A DNA stretch of 64,000 bases from Candidatus Uhrbacteria bacterium (GTDB lineage Bacteria; Patescibacteriota; Patescibacteriia; JACPHY01): positions 1,040 through 65,039 of the forward strand of contig JACPHY010000015.1 in assembly GCA_016188355.1 (NCBI GenBank), written 5' to 3'. Within the stretch, counting starts at the first letter, position 1. Every line of letters starts with the position of its first letter. Shown piece after piece: positions 61,856 through 64,000 of the stretch. The notes beneath the pieces were generated by a model that had not been told where the DNA came from, searched no databases, and saw only the letters and a list, made by a program, of their open reading frames with translations. The translations under genes and the position numbers were made by a program.

Positions 61856-63709
61856 CTAGAATCCGGACGGACCCATGGCGGATCCCGCCCATCCATCCTG
61901 CGAAGGTCCTCGTGCGCTCGGAGCGGATGCCTCCGCACGAACGCCTCCCGCGCCACCACCGAATTGTTCCGAGTATTGGCGGAACACATCCGGCAATTGC
62001 GGCTGCTGCGGAGCGCGGCTGAACTCGGACGCGATGCTGCGCGGCATCGGACGACCGCCGAAGAGCACATCCGCACGGCCTCCGCAGTCCTCGAGCTGCT
62101 GGAGCACCTCATGCGCCGCATCCACATCCACCGGCTTCGCACGCGCAATGGTTTGCAGTGCAGTGACGAGCGGCTTACATTCTGCCAGGAGCTCCTCCGC
62201 CTCGGTCACATCCTTGCCTTGTCGCTTCATGGTCGCGAGCATGCGTTCTGCTTGCTTCATCTCGCGACCTGCTTCGGTCATCGCACGCGAAATGTTCAAG
62301 ACGCCACGGAGCGCGCCCGTATTCTCCCGAAGATCATTGATACGCTCCCGTACATCCTGCAGCTTCTCCATCGCATCCTCAAATGCGTCCGCGGTGCGAA
62401 CCTGCGCGATGGAAGTGACCTCCGTACGCAGCGCGTTGGTCGTCTGGAGCACCTCATTCGACTGCTCCGTCAAATCCATTTTCGCGCGCTTGGCCTGCGC
62501 AACAATTTGCTTCGTCTCGCGCTCCACCTGTGCAATTTCGCGAATCAGTTGTTTCGTAATGCGGGGGAGTTCCTGGAGCCGACGGCAGGACTCCGCGAAT
62601 TCGCGCACGCGATCGAAATGTTCGGGCATGTCGGCGAAGAGCTCCTGGAGCACCTCAGGATCCGTCGCGGCCTGCACTTTCGCAGGAATATCTTTGAGGG
62701 TCGCCAGACTCGTCGATGCCTCACCCGAGACTTCGATCTTTGCCTGCGCGCACACCTTCATTTCCCGCTCGAGCATGCGAATGCCCTGGGTCATGCCGCG
62801 CGCATTGCGCTTCATATCCTCGAGCATGCGCTTCTGCTGTTTCTCCATTTCTGCTTCGCGGCGAGCATCGGACATTTCCTGGGGAACGGATTCACCGAGC
62901 TGCAAGCGGCCAGAATCCTCCGGACGCATGCCACTCACGGGCGGCATCATCATGCCGGACTCCATGCCGGGCCCACGACCTGTCATGCCCGGGCTCCCCA
63001 TGGGGAACTGGCCCATACCCATGCCGTTCGGTGCGGAGCCCATATTCGGACCCATCGTACCAGGCATGTTTGGTCCATTTCCCGGTTTCGGGCCCATCAT
63101 GTTGGGGTCGCCCATTATGCCTTGCGGCATGCCCTGGTTCATGCCCTGGTTCATGCCCTGGTTCATGCCCTGCGAAAATCCTTGCATCATGCCGTTCGGC
63201 ATGCCATTCATCGGTCCATTCATCTGGCCATTGGCAGGACCGTTCATGGAACCGTTCATGGGACCATTCGAAAACCCATTCATGGGACCATTCGGTGTCC
63301 CCTGCATGCCGCCAGGGCCCATGCCCTGCGGCGCTCCCGGCATCATCCCGCCCATGTCCGACGGACGATTCATGCCACCCGGCATCGGACCGCCAGGAAA
63401 TCCACCCATACCCGGACCCATGCCCCCACTTCCGGGAGTGGGATTACCTCCAGGCGGCATGCCTGGATTTCCCGGCATAGGACCAGGCATTGGGTTATTC
63501 GGGATAGGAGCATCTGCCGGAGGTTTCATCTCGCCTCCCGGAGCACCGGAACTCGGTGGCGGAGCCGGAGGAGCCTCTTGCGTAAACCGTATTACCGGCG
63601 GATCAACGAAATCCACAACGGGCTCAGCGGCGAACAATGCAGTAGACGGCGCTGCCAACGTAAAAACGACTGCCAAGAGCAGCCGCTTGCTGACCGGTTC
63701 AGTCCACAT
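61856..63709 (-). CDS. secreted protein with Met/Gly/Pro-rich region and coiled-coil C-half
   Basis: Signal ...ALFA-AE; GPMN and QGMN repeats; heptad-rich C-terminus. Confidence 0.85.
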   Translation of the reverse strand: MWTEPVSKRLLLAVVFTLAAPSTALFAAEPVVDFVDPPVIRFTQEAPPAPPPSSGAPGGEMKPPADAPIPNNPMPGPMPGNPGMPPGGNPTPGSGGMGPGMGGFPGGPMPGGMNRPSDMGGMMPGAPQGMGPGGMQGTPNGPMNGFSNGPMNGSMNGPANGQMNGPMNGMPNGMMQGFSQGMNQGMNQGMNQGMPQGIMGDPNMMGPKPGNGPNMPGTMGPNMGSAPNGMGMGQFPMGSPGMTGRGPGMESGMMMPPVSGMRPEDSGRLQLGESVPQEMSDARREAEMEKQQKRMLEDMKRNARGMTQGIRMLEREMKVCAQAKIEVSGEASTSLATLKDIPAKVQAATDPEVLQELFADMPEHFDRVREFAESCRRLQELPRITKQLIREIAQVERETKQIVAQAKRAKMDLTEQSNEVLQTTNALRTEVTSIAQVRTADAFEDAMEKLQDVRERINDLRENTGALRGVLNISRAMTEAGREMKQAERMLATMKRQGKDVTEAEELLAECKPLVTALQTIARAKPVDVDAAHEVLQQLEDCGGRADVLFGGRPMPRSIASEFSRAPQQPQLPDVFRQYSEQFGGGAGGVRAEASAPSARGPSQDGWAGSAMGPSGF

Positions 63710-63931
63710 ATAAGTGATATTGGTATTTACCTCAGCGCACTCCGCGAAATCGCGGGACACTGAGTATTTCGCGCGCAGTGCACATGCCTTGCGCGGAGCG
63801 ATCGACCATTCATCCATATCCACAGGCATGTGGAGGTGTGGATGATGCTATACATCCAGGATAGCACAAAATCAAGCGTCGGTCGATCGGGATAACTCGC
63901 GGAATACACTAAAGAGACCTCTGCAAAAACG

Positions 63932-63964
63932 AATGCACGATACGCGCATCGCGTATCGTGCATT
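63932..63964 (-). terminator. intrinsic terminator of an upstream minus-strand gene
   Basis: 15-bp stem AATGCACGATACGCG-cat-CGCGTATCGTGCATT followed by a T-run on the minus strand. Confidence 0.7.
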
Positions 63965-64000
63965 ACGTGTTTCCGCGTTCGCTCACCCACGCACCGGCAC

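Noticed and set aside
61875..63763. Two ~600-aa plus-strand ORFs
   Set aside because: Antisense shadows of the Met/Gly/Pro-rich gene, which has a signal peptide and coherent coiled-coil
1..64000. Genetic code 25 (UGA=Gly) as in some CPR lineages
   Set aside because: Conserved genes such as uvrA, ruvA, pepA and GT2 are full length under code 11 and end at TGA

Overview
High-GC bacterial chromosome segment. Gene content (CPR-type T4SS pilin, DUF4012, FemABX, TrmB, orphan family-5 solute-binding protein, many SD-less starts) suggests a Patescibacteria/CPR genome (inference). Housekeeping genes: uvrA, secG, rnj, trpS, rarA, uppP, ruvA, pepA, tRNA-Leu(CAG), tRNA-Arg(CCG) and an unusually long RNase P RNA. 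These are interleaved with cell-surface glycosyltransferases and many orphan ORFs. No integrase, transposase, CRISPR array or reverse transcriptase was seen. The most unusual part is a three-gene surface operon (26.2-36.4 kb). Its two giant secreted Ig/IPT proteins share 12 copies of an unrecognised C-x11-C loop, and each carries an internal signal-peptide-like segment right after a cluster of four loops, suggesting processed polyproteins. A second notable feature is a structured repeat family that starts right after both tRNA 3' ends. Product calls rest on motif recognition only; no searches were run.
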